Sequence record: NZ_CP088995.1
Direction: 5' to 3' (one strand)
From: a plasmid
DNA: 64,000 nt
Both the position numbers and the translations under genes were made by a program. The notes below the pieces were generated by a model, which saw nothing but the letters and a program-made list of their open reading frames with translations, searched no databases and was not told where the DNA came from. Shown here piece after piece: positions 33,570 through 42,600 of the stretch. Position 1 is the first letter of the stretch; every line of letters begins with the position of its first letter.

Positions 33570-34574
33570 ATGGAAGCGAAAACTAAAACCTTCATAAAAA
33601 CGTCTGTTGATGATAACGGCATGTGGCTGCTGACCGTCCCGGCGGGGAGCGCGGGCAACGAAACGGTGGTTGTGGTCGTCAGACGGGTGGAGGAATGTCG
33701 TTACGGGTCTGAGGACTCGCCAGGGGCATATCTGTGGATCACCTGTAGCCTGACGCTGTACGGTGACGGACAAAGTACACCGCAGACCATTGTCGCGAAG
33801 TTCGAGCACGGCCGTGTGGAACTGTTCAGTGTTGAATTTATGCTGAATGAATTTTTACCCCGTGGTCGGGGAGTGGGCAGCTGGATCATGCAGCAGATGG
33901 TGCTCTGGACCCGCTCCCTGCCGCCGGAAACGCTGGTCAGACAAATCCACATTTCGTCCGTGGATGCGAAAAACATTCACAATCTGATCCGCCGGAGCAG
34001 ACTGTGGCGTGGGCTGGGTTTCCGGTTCCCGCCGGGGGAAACCAGCTCAATGCCGCTGCGGGCAGACGAACTGCAGTTGCCACGGGGCAGGTGTTCAACG
34101 CTCCGGGTGGAGCCCCTGGTATCCGCGGTACGCCGGCTGGAAGACTGTTATCGCGGGCTGCAGGAAAAAATCGTGCAGCTCGAAGGCAAAAAACGGTCGC
34201 AAAAACAGTTAATTACTTCACTTAGGAATCGTCCATTTTATCATCTGTTGCACAGGAAAGGGGGCCAGCTCCCGGACGAGAAATGTGACGCCCTGCCACT
34301 GCGGGCAGAAAAACTGTCTCTGCCGCAGAGCGGGGATTCTGACCTGGAGGTGGCGCAACGGGCAACCGGGGTTATCCGGCTGGCAACCCTGTGTAGTCAG
34401 TCGCAGGAAAAAATCGTTGAGCTCGAAAGGGATCTTGCCTCGCAAAGTGAATACCTCCTTGACCTGCAGACAAAGCTCCTTTCTATCCTGTGGGGGAAAG
34501 TCGCTAACCTGACCTTATTCTGGGGGGGCGTGGTGATTTTTCTGTACTTTATCAAGTGGATGTTGGTGGCATGA
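33570..34574 (+). CDS. Membrane-anchored coiled-coil protein (about 334 aa from MEAKTKTF) with two internal repeats and a C-terminal transmembrane helix
   Basis: repeats PLRADELQLPRGRCSTLRVEPLVSAVRRLEDCYRGLQEKIVQLEGK / PLRAEKLSLPQSGDSDLEVAQRATGVIRLATLCSQSQEKIVELERD; C-terminus LTLFWGGVVIFLYFIKWMLVA. Confidence 0.5.
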   Translation: MEAKTKTFIKTSVDDNGMWLLTVPAGSAGNETVVVVVRRVEECRYGSEDSPGAYLWITCSLTLYGDGQSTPQTIVAKFEHGRVELFSVEFMLNEFLPRGRGVGSWIMQQMVLWTRSLPPETLVRQIHISSVDAKNIHNLIRRSRLWRGLGFRFPPGETSSMPLRADELQLPRGRCSTLRVEPLVSAVRRLEDCYRGLQEKIVQLEGKKRSQKQLITSLRNRPFYHLLHRKGGQLPDEKCDALPLRAEKLSLPQSGDSDLEVAQRATGVIRLATLCSQSQEKIVELERDLASQSEYLLDLQTKLLSILWGKVANLTLFWGGVVIFLYFIKWMLVA

Positions 34575-34757
34575 ATGTTCCCGTTCCATAGCCACCCACT
34601 GAAGAGGACTGAAACCAGTGCCCGAAAATATCGTGTCTGTAATCACTGACGGGGTAGTTTTGTTTGCGACTTCGTCTGTTTTCTGGCTGGCTAGTCATCC
34701 TGACTCCGGTAATATTACGAAGAAAATTCTCGGCAAAGAAAAAAGTTAACAGAAATT

Positions 34758-35537
34758 ATGAATAACCTGGTTCCAGTTGGATCTCCGCAATCTCCCGGAA
34801 CATTGCTCCCGGTGGCCATCGATTACCCTGCCGCCCTCGCCCTGCGCCAGATGGCGCTCGTGCAGGATGAACTGCCGAAATACCTGCTGGCGCCGGAAGT
34901 GAGCGCCCTGCTCCATTACGTGCCGGATCTTCACCGCAAGATGCTGCTGGCGACGCTGTGGAACACCGGCGCGCGCATTAATGAAGCGCTCGCGCTGACC
35001 CGGGGGGATTTTTCGCTGGCGCCGCCGTATCCGTTCGTGCAGCTGGCCACGCTCAAGCAGCGCACCGAGAAAGCCGCCAGAACGGCCGGCCGAGTTCCCG
35101 CCGGTAGCCAGGCTCATCGCCTGGTTCCGCTTTCCGATCACCACTACGTCAGCCAGCTGCAGATGATGGTGGCCACCCTGAAAATTCCGCTGGAAAGACG
35201 AAACAAGCGCACCGGCAGAATGGAGAAGGCGCGTATCTGGGAGATCACAGACCGTACCGTGCGCACCTGGCTTAGCGAAGCGGTGGAGGCCGCAGCGGCC
35301 GACGGGGTGACGTTCTCAGTACCGGTAACCCCCCATACGTTCCGTCATTCCTACGCGATGCATATGCTGTATGCCGGCATACCACTGAAGGTTTTGCAGA
35401 GCCTGATGGGCCACAAATCGATTAGCTCGACGGAAGTCTATACGAAGGTGTTCGCACTTGATGTTGCTGCTCGGCATCGAGTTCAGTTTCAGATGCCCGA
35501 AGCGGATGCGGTAGCCATGCTGAAAGGGAATATTTAA
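34758..35537 (+). CDS. resD: Tyrosine site-specific recombinase of the ResD (F-plasmid D protein) multimer-resolution type
   Basis: C-terminal catalytic region ...HTFRHSYAMHMLYAGIPLKVLQSLMGHKSISSTEVYTKV... (R..HxxR..Y). Confidence 0.8.
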   Translation: MNNLVPVGSPQSPGTLLPVAIDYPAALALRQMALVQDELPKYLLAPEVSALLHYVPDLHRKMLLATLWNTGARINEALALTRGDFSLAPPYPFVQLATLKQRTEKAARTAGRVPAGSQAHRLVPLSDHHYVSQLQMMVATLKIPLERRNKRTGRMEKARIWEITDRTVRTWLSEAVEAAAADGVTFSVPVTPHTFRHSYAMHMLYAGIPLKVLQSLMGHKSISSTEVYTKVFALDVAARHRVQFQMPEADAVAMLKGNI

Positions 35538-35582
35538 GTACTTAGGAGAATGATGCTGGCGAACGTCCTGCTCGCCGGTGAG

Positions 35583-35873
35583 TTATCTGGACCAGCTGAC
35601 GGGAATATCTGCTCTGTATTCCTCATACTGCTCATAGATTGCATGCTGAAGCATCGTAATACGTTCTGACAACCTGTTGGCGTCCGACATATGCCGCCAT
35701 TCCCCCTCAATAGTGGTTTTCTGTCCATCCGGGAGATTGAGCGTGATCAATACCTTTGTATCACGAAAAATCACCCCGTCAGTGAAAGAATTAAGACCAC
35801 TTCTTACGGTATTATCTATATGTATAGTTTCAAGTTTCATCTTGTTACCTCCTGTTGACCGGATCCCAAGCAT
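35583..35873 (-). CDS. Hypothetical protein (about 85-96 aa)
   Basis: ORF only; likely start MKLETIH. Confidence 0.35.
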   Translation of the reverse strand: MLGIRSTGGNKMKLETIHIDNTVRSGLNSFTDGVIFRDTKVLITLNLPDGQKTTIEGEWRHMSDANRLSERITMLQHAIYEQYEEYRADIPVSWSR

Positions 35874-36399
35874 AGATATCTGAATTCAAATTGCCTAGTG
35901 AAATGTCTGGATATGCCGCATTTTTCCCCTTATACAGCGAAGCTGGCCAAAGGCCAGCCCGCATGGATTTATCGCTTTTGCCAGTAGATCAGCATGGCAA
36001 GGAACAGGATTGTTGCCCCCTGAGAAGCGGGAGAAGCGGTCAGGAAAGTTTCCAGCAATGACATTATCGTAAAACTCCGCATTATTAATTTCAGGTGTGT
36101 GATTCAGGGGCCTTAGTCCCCCTTTTACAGGACGTAGTGTTCTGTCACGACGGGAGCCAGGGTTAATAAAAACGATTCGAATATGTCTGCAGGGACGATA
36201 GAAATCTTCGTGGGGGTTGTCTCGCTGTAGCGGGCTCTGGAGAGCGACTCGGGGGAGGAGTAGTATCTTCCGGCCACGGATATGATCGAGCCAGCAGTGC
36301 TCGCCGCAGTCGAGCGACAGGGCGAAGCCCCGAGTGAGCGAGGAAGCACCAGGGAACAGAACTTATAAATTCTGCTTACGCTAAATGCCTGAAAAATCA

Positions 36400-36761
36400 C
36401 CTCCCCCTCGTGGTTATCCACTTATCCACGGGCATATTTTTATAAAGTACTTTTTTATTGTTTTTCTATATTTTACATCTTTTAGGGAGCCTGAAAGCCG
36501 CGTACAGTGCGGCCTGAGAGGGGGCCTGTATGGGCAACTGGTAAACATAATATGGGAAATTAATCACGTATCAGTGGGTTTTGTGTCAACAAGCTATGGG
36601 ATACGCATCAACAAGCTATGGGAAAGAGGTCAAGTTCAGTTCTCAATTATCCACTTGTGGATAAAGTGCAGATTTTTCCGGTGGATAAGTATCGCGATAG
36701 CTTGCAATTTCTGTTTTCACTGTCATTATGGGTGGGTAAAAATTTACCCATAGGCATTGAA
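36400..36761 (+). promoter_or_regulatory. Replication origin region: DnaA boxes (TTATCCACT/TTATCCACG at 36411-36430; back-to-back TTATCCACT-TGTGGATAA at 36643-36661; GGTGGATAAGT at 36671) and two 19-bp iterons CATCAACAAGCTATGGGAA
   Basis: motifs seen directly upstream of the rep gene. Confidence 0.6.
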
Positions 36762-37484
36762 ATGGATACTCAAGCACTCTTGCCAGCTACTAAAACGTTT
36801 AAAAAACGCGCCAGTATAAAGCAATCTAACGAATTGACTGAAGCAGCATATTACCTGCCTCTTCAGGCAAAACGTGTGCTGTGGTTATGCCTCATGCAGG
36901 CCTATTTTAACGACAGCCAGGAAGATGACTCTGACGTATTGCCGCTCTTCAAAATCAGCGTTTCCGATTACGTCAAATACTTCAATGTCGCTACGTCTGT
37001 CGCCAGTCGTGATGTGAAGGCTGGGGTAAATGCTCTGGGCGAATCAACGGTTACCTTTTATCCAAAAGAAGGTGAGTTTGAAGAAGTTAAGCGTCCGTGG
37101 CTGGCTGAAGCAGGAATGAAGCGAGGCCGGGGTTCCTGGCAGATTGAATTTAACTACAAGGTCATGCCATTCCTTGTCGGCTTAACCTCCCAGTTCACTA
37201 CCTATTCTCTCTATGACTGTGGCCAGCTTAATAGTGTTCGTGTCATCCGGCTTTATGAAAGCCTGTGTCAGTTCCGGAGCACTGGTGTCTGGATCACCAC
37301 ACATGACTGGTTATGTGAAAGGTTTATGCTCCCTGCCTCGCAGAAAAACAATATTGCTGAAATGAAGCGTACCTTCCTGGAACCTGCTCTGAAGAAAATT
37401 AATGAGAAGACGCCATTAAAGGTAACATATACCACTGAAGAAGATGGTCGCTTGCTGTTTAATTTTCTTGATAAAAAACAATAG
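36762..37484 (+). CDS. repA: Iteron-binding replication initiator of the Rep_3 / RepE-RepFIB family (240 aa)
   Basis: ...QSNELTEAAYYLPLQAKRVLWLCL... and ...RLYESLCQFR... align with F RepE (QSNDLTEAAYSL / RLYESLCQYR). Confidence 0.8.
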   Translation: MDTQALLPATKTFKKRASIKQSNELTEAAYYLPLQAKRVLWLCLMQAYFNDSQEDDSDVLPLFKISVSDYVKYFNVATSVASRDVKAGVNALGESTVTFYPKEGEFEEVKRPWLAEAGMKRGRGSWQIEFNYKVMPFLVGLTSQFTTYSLYDCGQLNSVRVIRLYESLCQFRSTGVWITTHDWLCERFMLPASQKNNIAEMKRTFLEPALKKINEKTPLKVTYTTEEDGRLLFNFLDKKQ

Positions 37485-37555
37485 TCTGTAATTTATTTTC
37501 CCTCCCCCCTTAGTTTGTTGCTGACATATGGGGGGAACTAAACTTGCTGTATTTC

Positions 37556-38210
37556 CCATAGTGCTTGCCTAACTTGACCTGTTTCCCACAATCCCGGCTG
37601 TCTGCGTAGTTGACCTGTTTCCCACAGTCCCGGCCGTCTGCAAAGTTGGCCTGTTTCCCATAGTCCGGGCCGTCTGCAAAGTTGACCTTTTTCCCATAGT
37701 CCGGGCCGTCCGCGGAGTTGACCTGTTTCCCATAGTCCGGGCCGTCCGCGGAGTTGACCTGTTTCCCATAGTCCGGACCGTCCGCGGAGTTGACCTGTTT
37801 CCCATAGTCCGGGCCGTCCGCGGAGTTGACCTGTTCCCATAGTCCGGGCCGTCTGCAAAGTTGACCCGTTTCCCATAGTCCCGGCCGTCTGCAAAGTTGA
37901 CCTGTTCCCCATAGTCCGGGCCGTCCGCGGAGTTGACCTGTTTCCCACAGTCCGCGCCGTCCGCGGAGTTGACCTGTTTGCCATAGTCCGGGCCGTCCGT
38001 AAAGTTGACCTGTTTCCCACAGTCCCGGCCGCCCGCGAAGTTGACCTGTTTCCCATAGTCCGGGCCGTCCGCGAAGTTGACCTGTTCCCCACACTCCCGG
38101 CCGCCCGTGAAGTTGACCTGTTTCCCATAGTCCGGACCGTCCGCGAAGTTGACCTGTTTCCCATAGTCCGGAGCGTCCATAAAGTTGACCTGTTTCCCAC
38201 AGAGGATGGA
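37556..38210 (+). repeat. Array of about 18 tandem 36-bp direct repeats (unit AGTTGACCTGTTTCCCATAGTCCGGGCCGTCCGCGG) between rep and parA; incA-like copy-control iteron array
   Basis: seen directly in the sequence; position equivalent to P1 incA / RepFIB downstream repeats. Confidence 0.8.
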
Positions 38211-38593
38211 AAACTCTTCTTGTGCTGAGCGTAAGAGCTATCTGCCGGAACGGTTCCTCTTCGCTTCCTCGCCAGTTCGCTCGCTACGCTCGGTTACATG
38301 GCTGCGGCGAGCGCTGATACATAAGGCTCAGCATTGCACTGGTCGTAACTAAAATCAGAATCCTTCTGAATGACCCTCCTGTCTTGCAAGTTGGATACCT
38401 TTCTCAAAGCCCTTTTGTATGAGTTGTTGTTGATGGTCAAAAGTGCGTCTGCGTGTTGCTGCAGTGTGATTTAGTAGCACGCCCGTCGAGCTTCCCCCCT
38501 CTCCTGTTGAGAGCGAAATCAAAACAATATGAATTTTTGCTTGCAACATGACTCTTTTTGTTCAAAATGACAAAAAACGTCATGAGGTGATAA

Positions 38594-39799
38594 ATGGACA
38601 ATATTGAGCAGTTACGGAAAGTCGCTACACGTGCAGGTAAGCTTCTGACATCTTTGAGCGAAAGTATCCGCCAGCAAAAAGAGGAATTGAAGCTTACCGA
38701 GTTCTATCAGGAATACAGCAAAGCCGCTCTGTATAAGCTGCCTAAGCTCAGTAAAGGCAGTGTTGAGTATGCTGTGGCCGAAATGGAAGCCGGTGGCTAC
38801 ATTTTTAAAAAGAAACCTTCTGGTAATACGATGAAATACGCGATGACGATTCAGAATGTCATCGATCTGTATAACCATCGTAAAGTACCGAAGTACAGGG
38901 ATCGCTTCGATAAAGCCTTTACGATTTTTGTATGTAATCTTAAAGGTGGTGGTTCCAAGACAGTTTCTACCGCTTCATTATCACATGCTTTTCGAGCTCA
39001 TCCTCAGCTTCTGTTCGAAGACCTGCGTATTCTGGCCATCGATTTCGATCCGCAGGCATCTCTGACAATGTTCCTGAGCCATGAGAATTCAGTGGGCTTG
39101 GTTGAAAATACGGCTGCTCAGGCCATGCTCCAGAACGTGTCTCGAGAAGAATTACTTTCCGATTTTATAGTACCGTCTATTATCCCTGGTGTTGATGTAA
39201 TCCCCGCTTCCATTGACGATGCATTCCTTGCTGAAGGCTGGAAGGGATTGTGTGAAGAACATCTGCCAGGGAAAAATATTCATGCGGTGCTTAAAGAGAA
39301 CATTATCGACAAGCTCCAGCATGACTACGACTTTATTTTCCTTGATAGTGGTCCTCACCTTGATGCGTTCCTGAAAAACTGCATTGGAGCGGCAGACCTG
39401 ATGTTGACCCCTCTTCCACCGGCGACGGTTGATTTTCATTCTTCCCTAAAGTTTGTGGCCAGCCTCCCTGCCCTCATAGATTCCATTGAAATGGATGGGC
39501 ACACCTGCAATCTCATCGGTAATGTCGGCTTCATGTCCAAGATCCTGAACAAGTCTGATCACAAAATTTGCCATAGTCAGGCCAAAGAGGTTTTCGGTGC
39601 CGATATGCTAGACATGGTTCTGCCGAGACTGGATGGTTTCGAACGCTGTGGGGAGACTTTTGACACAGTTATTTCAGCAAATCCAGCAACCTATGATGGA
39701 AGTACAGAGGCACTAAAAAGCGCAAAATCAGCAGCGGAAGACTTTGCGAAGGCAGTCTTTGATCGCATCGAGTTCATTCGTACTAACGGAGGTATGTGA
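38594..39799 (+). CDS. parA: Type Ia partition ATPase ParA/SopA with N-terminal HTH extension (401 aa)
   Basis: deviant Walker A KGGGSKT..., overall SopA/P1 ParA architecture. Confidence 0.85.
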   Translation: MDNIEQLRKVATRAGKLLTSLSESIRQQKEELKLTEFYQEYSKAALYKLPKLSKGSVEYAVAEMEAGGYIFKKKPSGNTMKYAMTIQNVIDLYNHRKVPKYRDRFDKAFTIFVCNLKGGGSKTVSTASLSHAFRAHPQLLFEDLRILAIDFDPQASLTMFLSHENSVGLVENTAAQAMLQNVSREELLSDFIVPSIIPGVDVIPASIDDAFLAEGWKGLCEEHLPGKNIHAVLKENIIDKLQHDYDFIFLDSGPHLDAFLKNCIGAADLMLTPLPPATVDFHSSLKFVASLPALIDSIEMDGHTCNLIGNVGFMSKILNKSDHKICHSQAKEVFGADMLDMVLPRLDGFERCGETFDTVISANPATYDGSTEALKSAKSAAEDFAKAVFDRIEFIRTNGGM

Positions 39800-40773
39800 T
39801 GTCGAATGAGAAAAGAAAAACCATCGGCAGACAGTTAAATACCCAGGCGTCAATAGCGGAAATGACGGACACCGGTAGAAGCCAGGTATTTACCTTAAAA
39901 ACCGGCAGGAAGGTAACGTTCAGGTTTGTTCGGGTGCCTGCATCTGAAGTTGAAAGTAAGACATTCGTTAACCAGGAAAACAACGGAAGAGATCAACTTG
40001 CACTGACCAGGGAGTCCCTGAAATCCATTATCCAGACGATTAAGTTTCAGCAGTTCTTTCCCTGTATTGGTATTAAGCAAAGTGAAAGGATTGAGATACT
40101 GGATGGTTCAAGACGGCGAGCCTCAGCAATTTTTGTCCGTACAGGCCTTGATGTAATGGTTACCGAAGAACATTTATCAGCTGATGAAGCTCGCCAACTG
40201 GCTAAAGATATCCAGACAGCTAAAGAACATAATCTTCGGGAGATTGGGCTGAGATTGATCGCTCTTAAAGAGTCCGGATTTAATCAAAAGGAAATTGCTG
40301 AACTGGAGGGGTTATCTCAGGCTAAAGTTACCAGGGCGCTGCAGGCGGCGGCCGTACCGCAAGACTTAATTTCTCTGTTCCCGGTTCAGTCGGAGCTATC
40401 GTTTAGTGACTATAAACTTCTTTTAGAAGTTAATGAAAAACTTAGTGAAAAGGGATTAACTCCTGAAGAACTCATTCAGGCTGTATCAGCTCAGCTCGAT
40501 GCAATTTTGAATGATGGCGAGCGACCAGAAGACGAACAGAAAGCCAGTATTCTGAAGCTGATTTCTCAGGCATCTCAGGCATTAATCGATCCATCTCCCA
40601 AGGAAAAGTCAGTGGTTTCCCCACTCTGGTCTTTTGAAGAAAAGGACAAGTTCGCGCGTAAGCGTGTGAAAGGGCGCACGCTGACTTATGAGTTTAGCCG
40701 TATGTCAAAAGTGATTCAGGATGAACTGGACAAGGCTATCAACGAGGTCCTTGACAGAAATTTGAGTCAATAA
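39796..40773 (+). CDS. parB: Partition protein ParB/SopB (325 aa)
   Basis: ParB N-terminal domain ILDGSRRRAS, overlaps parA by 4 bp. Confidence 0.85.
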   Translation: MMSNEKRKTIGRQLNTQASIAEMTDTGRSQVFTLKTGRKVTFRFVRVPASEVESKTFVNQENNGRDQLALTRESLKSIIQTIKFQQFFPCIGIKQSERIEILDGSRRRASAIFVRTGLDVMVTEEHLSADEARQLAKDIQTAKEHNLREIGLRLIALKESGFNQKEIAELEGLSQAKVTRALQAAAVPQDLISLFPVQSELSFSDYKLLLEVNEKLSEKGLTPEELIQAVSAQLDAILNDGERPEDEQKASILKLISQASQALIDPSPKEKSVVSPLWSFEEKDKFARKRVKGRTLTYEFSRMSKVIQDELDKAINEVLDRNLSQ

Positions 40774-40858
40774 TTTCGCCATGGCGATTTCACATCTAAC
40801 TTATTGTAATTAGGCAGTTTAGGCTGAGAATTTCAAGGTGAAATCGCCATAGTTTCAC
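40774..40858 (+). promoter_or_regulatory. parS: P1-type centromere parS: box A heptamers ATTTCAC/GTGAAAT and TCGCCA box B elements (TTTCGCCATGGCGATTTCAC ... AATTTCAAGGTGAAATCGCCATAGTTTCAC)
   Basis: seen directly in the sequence; near-identical arrangement to the P1 parS right arm. Confidence 0.65.
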
Positions 40859-42126
40859 GCCAGTTTCGCTGCAGGAATATCTGACCATCGTGTCGTATAA
40901 GCAGGAGAAAGCATCTCCCGTTTCATCTGCCATTCCGAGGCCATACCCCGCCCCGCAAACCATACTTTACCCAGCCCTGAGTTGTTGATCCCGTCCAGAA
41001 CCCTCATCAGCTCAGCACTGTGAGGGCGTGGCGGGCGTTCGTCAAACAGCTGCAGCTGCGAAACGCCGGAGCCGGTGAAGTCATTCAGCATAACTCCGGC
41101 TTTGGCATACCGGTGCCCATCCCTCCAGATACGCTCCAGAGCCATTGTGGCGGCTGCAATGATGTCCCTGGTGTCCTGAGTGGGTGTAAGCAGTTTTTCC
41201 GTAGCCACGTTGCCGTAGTAAGGCTCTTTAATGGCGAACGGAGACGTTTTGATGAAAACGGAAATATGCCGGCAATACTGGTGCTCTTTACGCAGTTTTT
41301 CAGAGGCCCGCTCTGCGTGCTGACAGATAGCCTGACGGAGTGACTCGTACTCCGTGATCTTCACGCCAAAACTGCGGCTGCAGACAATTTGCTGTTTCGT
41401 CGGAGGGGCTTCCTCAAGCGAAAGGCAGCTTTCCCCGTTCAGTTCCCGTACCGTTCGCTCAAGGACCACAGAAAAATTTTTGCGGATGAAGGCCGGGTTC
41501 GTCAGAGCCAGATCGAGCGCGGTTTTTATGCCCAGCACATTTAGCTTGCGTGCAATACGGTTACCCACCCCCCAGATTTCTTCAACCGGCTGCAGTGAAA
41601 GCAGTTTCCGCGTCCTTTGCGGATTTCCCCTGGTCAGCGCGAGTACGCCACGAAACTGTTTCCACTCTTTTGAGGCCCACTGGGCTGATTTTGCGAGGGT
41701 TTTCGTTGGTCCGGCGCCCACGCCAATGGTCAGGCGGGTACAGTCATACACGTGCTGACGCAGCTGCCGGCCGAAGTCCTCAAGCCCCATACAGTGCTCC
41801 ACGCCGGTCAGGTCGAGGAACATCTCATCAATGGAATACTGTTCCACCCTGGGGGCCAGTTCCTCCAGGCAGTTCATCACGCGCGCCGACATCGAGGCGT
41901 AAAGTTCATAATTACTTGAAAACGCATATATTTTTTCCGGGTACCTTTCGTTTTTTATCTGAAACCACGGAGTTCCCATTTTGATCCAGGGCTTCGCCTC
42001 GGCACTGCGAGCGATTACGTTCCCGTCGTTGTTGCTCAGGACGACTATCGGCTTTCCTTTCAAATCCGGGCGGAAAACACGTTCACAGCTGGCATAGAAG
42101 CTGTTCACATCGGCCAGGGCAAACAT
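40855..42126 (-). CDS. umuC: Error-prone DNA polymerase V subunit UmuC (Y-family), 423 aa
   Basis: [35 protein letters not shown]... canonical Y-family N-terminus. Confidence 0.9.
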   Translation of the reverse strand: MFALADVNSFYASCERVFRPDLKGKPIVVLSNNDGNVIARSAEAKPWIKMGTPWFQIKNERYPEKIYAFSSNYELYASMSARVMNCLEELAPRVEQYSIDEMFLDLTGVEHCMGLEDFGRQLRQHVYDCTRLTIGVGAGPTKTLAKSAQWASKEWKQFRGVLALTRGNPQRTRKLLSLQPVEEIWGVGNRIARKLNVLGIKTALDLALTNPAFIRKNFSVVLERTVRELNGESCLSLEEAPPTKQQIVCSRSFGVKITEYESLRQAICQHAERASEKLRKEHQYCRHISVFIKTSPFAIKEPYYGNVATEKLLTPTQDTRDIIAAATMALERIWRDGHRYAKAGVMLNDFTGSGVSQLQLFDERPPRPHSAELMRVLDGINNSGLGKVWFAGRGMASEWQMKREMLSPAYTTRWSDIPAAKLA

Positions 42127-42572
42127 CAGTACATCTCCCTCGGGCGGTGGATGATATGCGTGACAACGCCAAAGATATCCAGCTCGTCGGGATCAGGATA
42201 AATCGGCGACCAGGAGGCATTCATGGGCTGCAGCGTCAGTCGCGGCGTCAGCAGAAGCCGTTTCACCGTAAACTCCCCCTGTACGCTGGCGACAACGATA
42301 TCGCCGTGCCGCGGCTTTTCAGCACTGTCCACAACCAGCAGATCGCCATTGTACAGACTGCCGTCGGCCATGCTGTCTCCGCTGGCACGCAGGTAGTACG
42401 TCGCGCTCGGATGCCGTATGCAGTAATCATGGAGATCCAGATCGGACTCGACATAGTCAGCAGCAGGGCTGGGAAAACCGCAGCTGGCCAGATCGGCAAA
42501 CAATGGATGGGCCTGTGGCGGGAGTTCTTTCCCGGTGCTGAAAAGTTGTAGTTTCATCTTTCCTCCTGACAC
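42126..42572 (-). CDS. umuD: UmuD (LexA-like S24 peptidase), about 143-148 aa
   Basis: [12 protein letters not shown]...SGDSM...K catalytic Ser-Lys pair; overlaps umuC start. Confidence 0.85.
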   Translation of the reverse strand: MSGGKMKLQLFSTGKELPPQAHPLFADLASCGFPSPAADYVESDLDLHDYCIRHPSATYYLRASGDSMADGSLYNGDLLVVDSAEKPRHGDIVVASVQGEFTVKRLLLTPRLTLQPMNASWSPIYPDPDELDIFGVVTHIIHRPREMY

Positions 42573-42582
42573 TCTAATTTTT

Positions 42583-42598
42583 ACTGGTTATGCATACA
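42583..42598 (-). promoter_or_regulatory. Probable LexA (SOS) box CTGTATGCATAACCAG upstream of umuD
   Basis: CTGT-N8-CCAG, one mismatch to CTGT-N8-ACAG; 11-26 bp from the umuD start. Confidence 0.55.
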
Positions 42599-42600
42599 GT

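Noticed and set aside
36125-36421. 98-aa minus-strand ORF in the region upstream of the origin
   Set aside because: There is no RBS and the frame is low-complexity Ser/Ala-rich. The region is more likely non-coding origin-flanking DNA.
37510-38200. Three long overlapping ORFs (194-220 aa) with highly repetitive proteins across the region downstream of rep
   Set aside because: They are translations of the 36-bp tandem iteron array in three frames on the minus strand. The periodicity is in the DNA, with no start context and no non-repeat domain.
37556-38210. Possible CRISPR array
   Set aside because: The units are directly abutting 36-bp repeats with no unique spacers between them, and there are no cas genes nearby. 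The position between rep and parA fits an iteron array.
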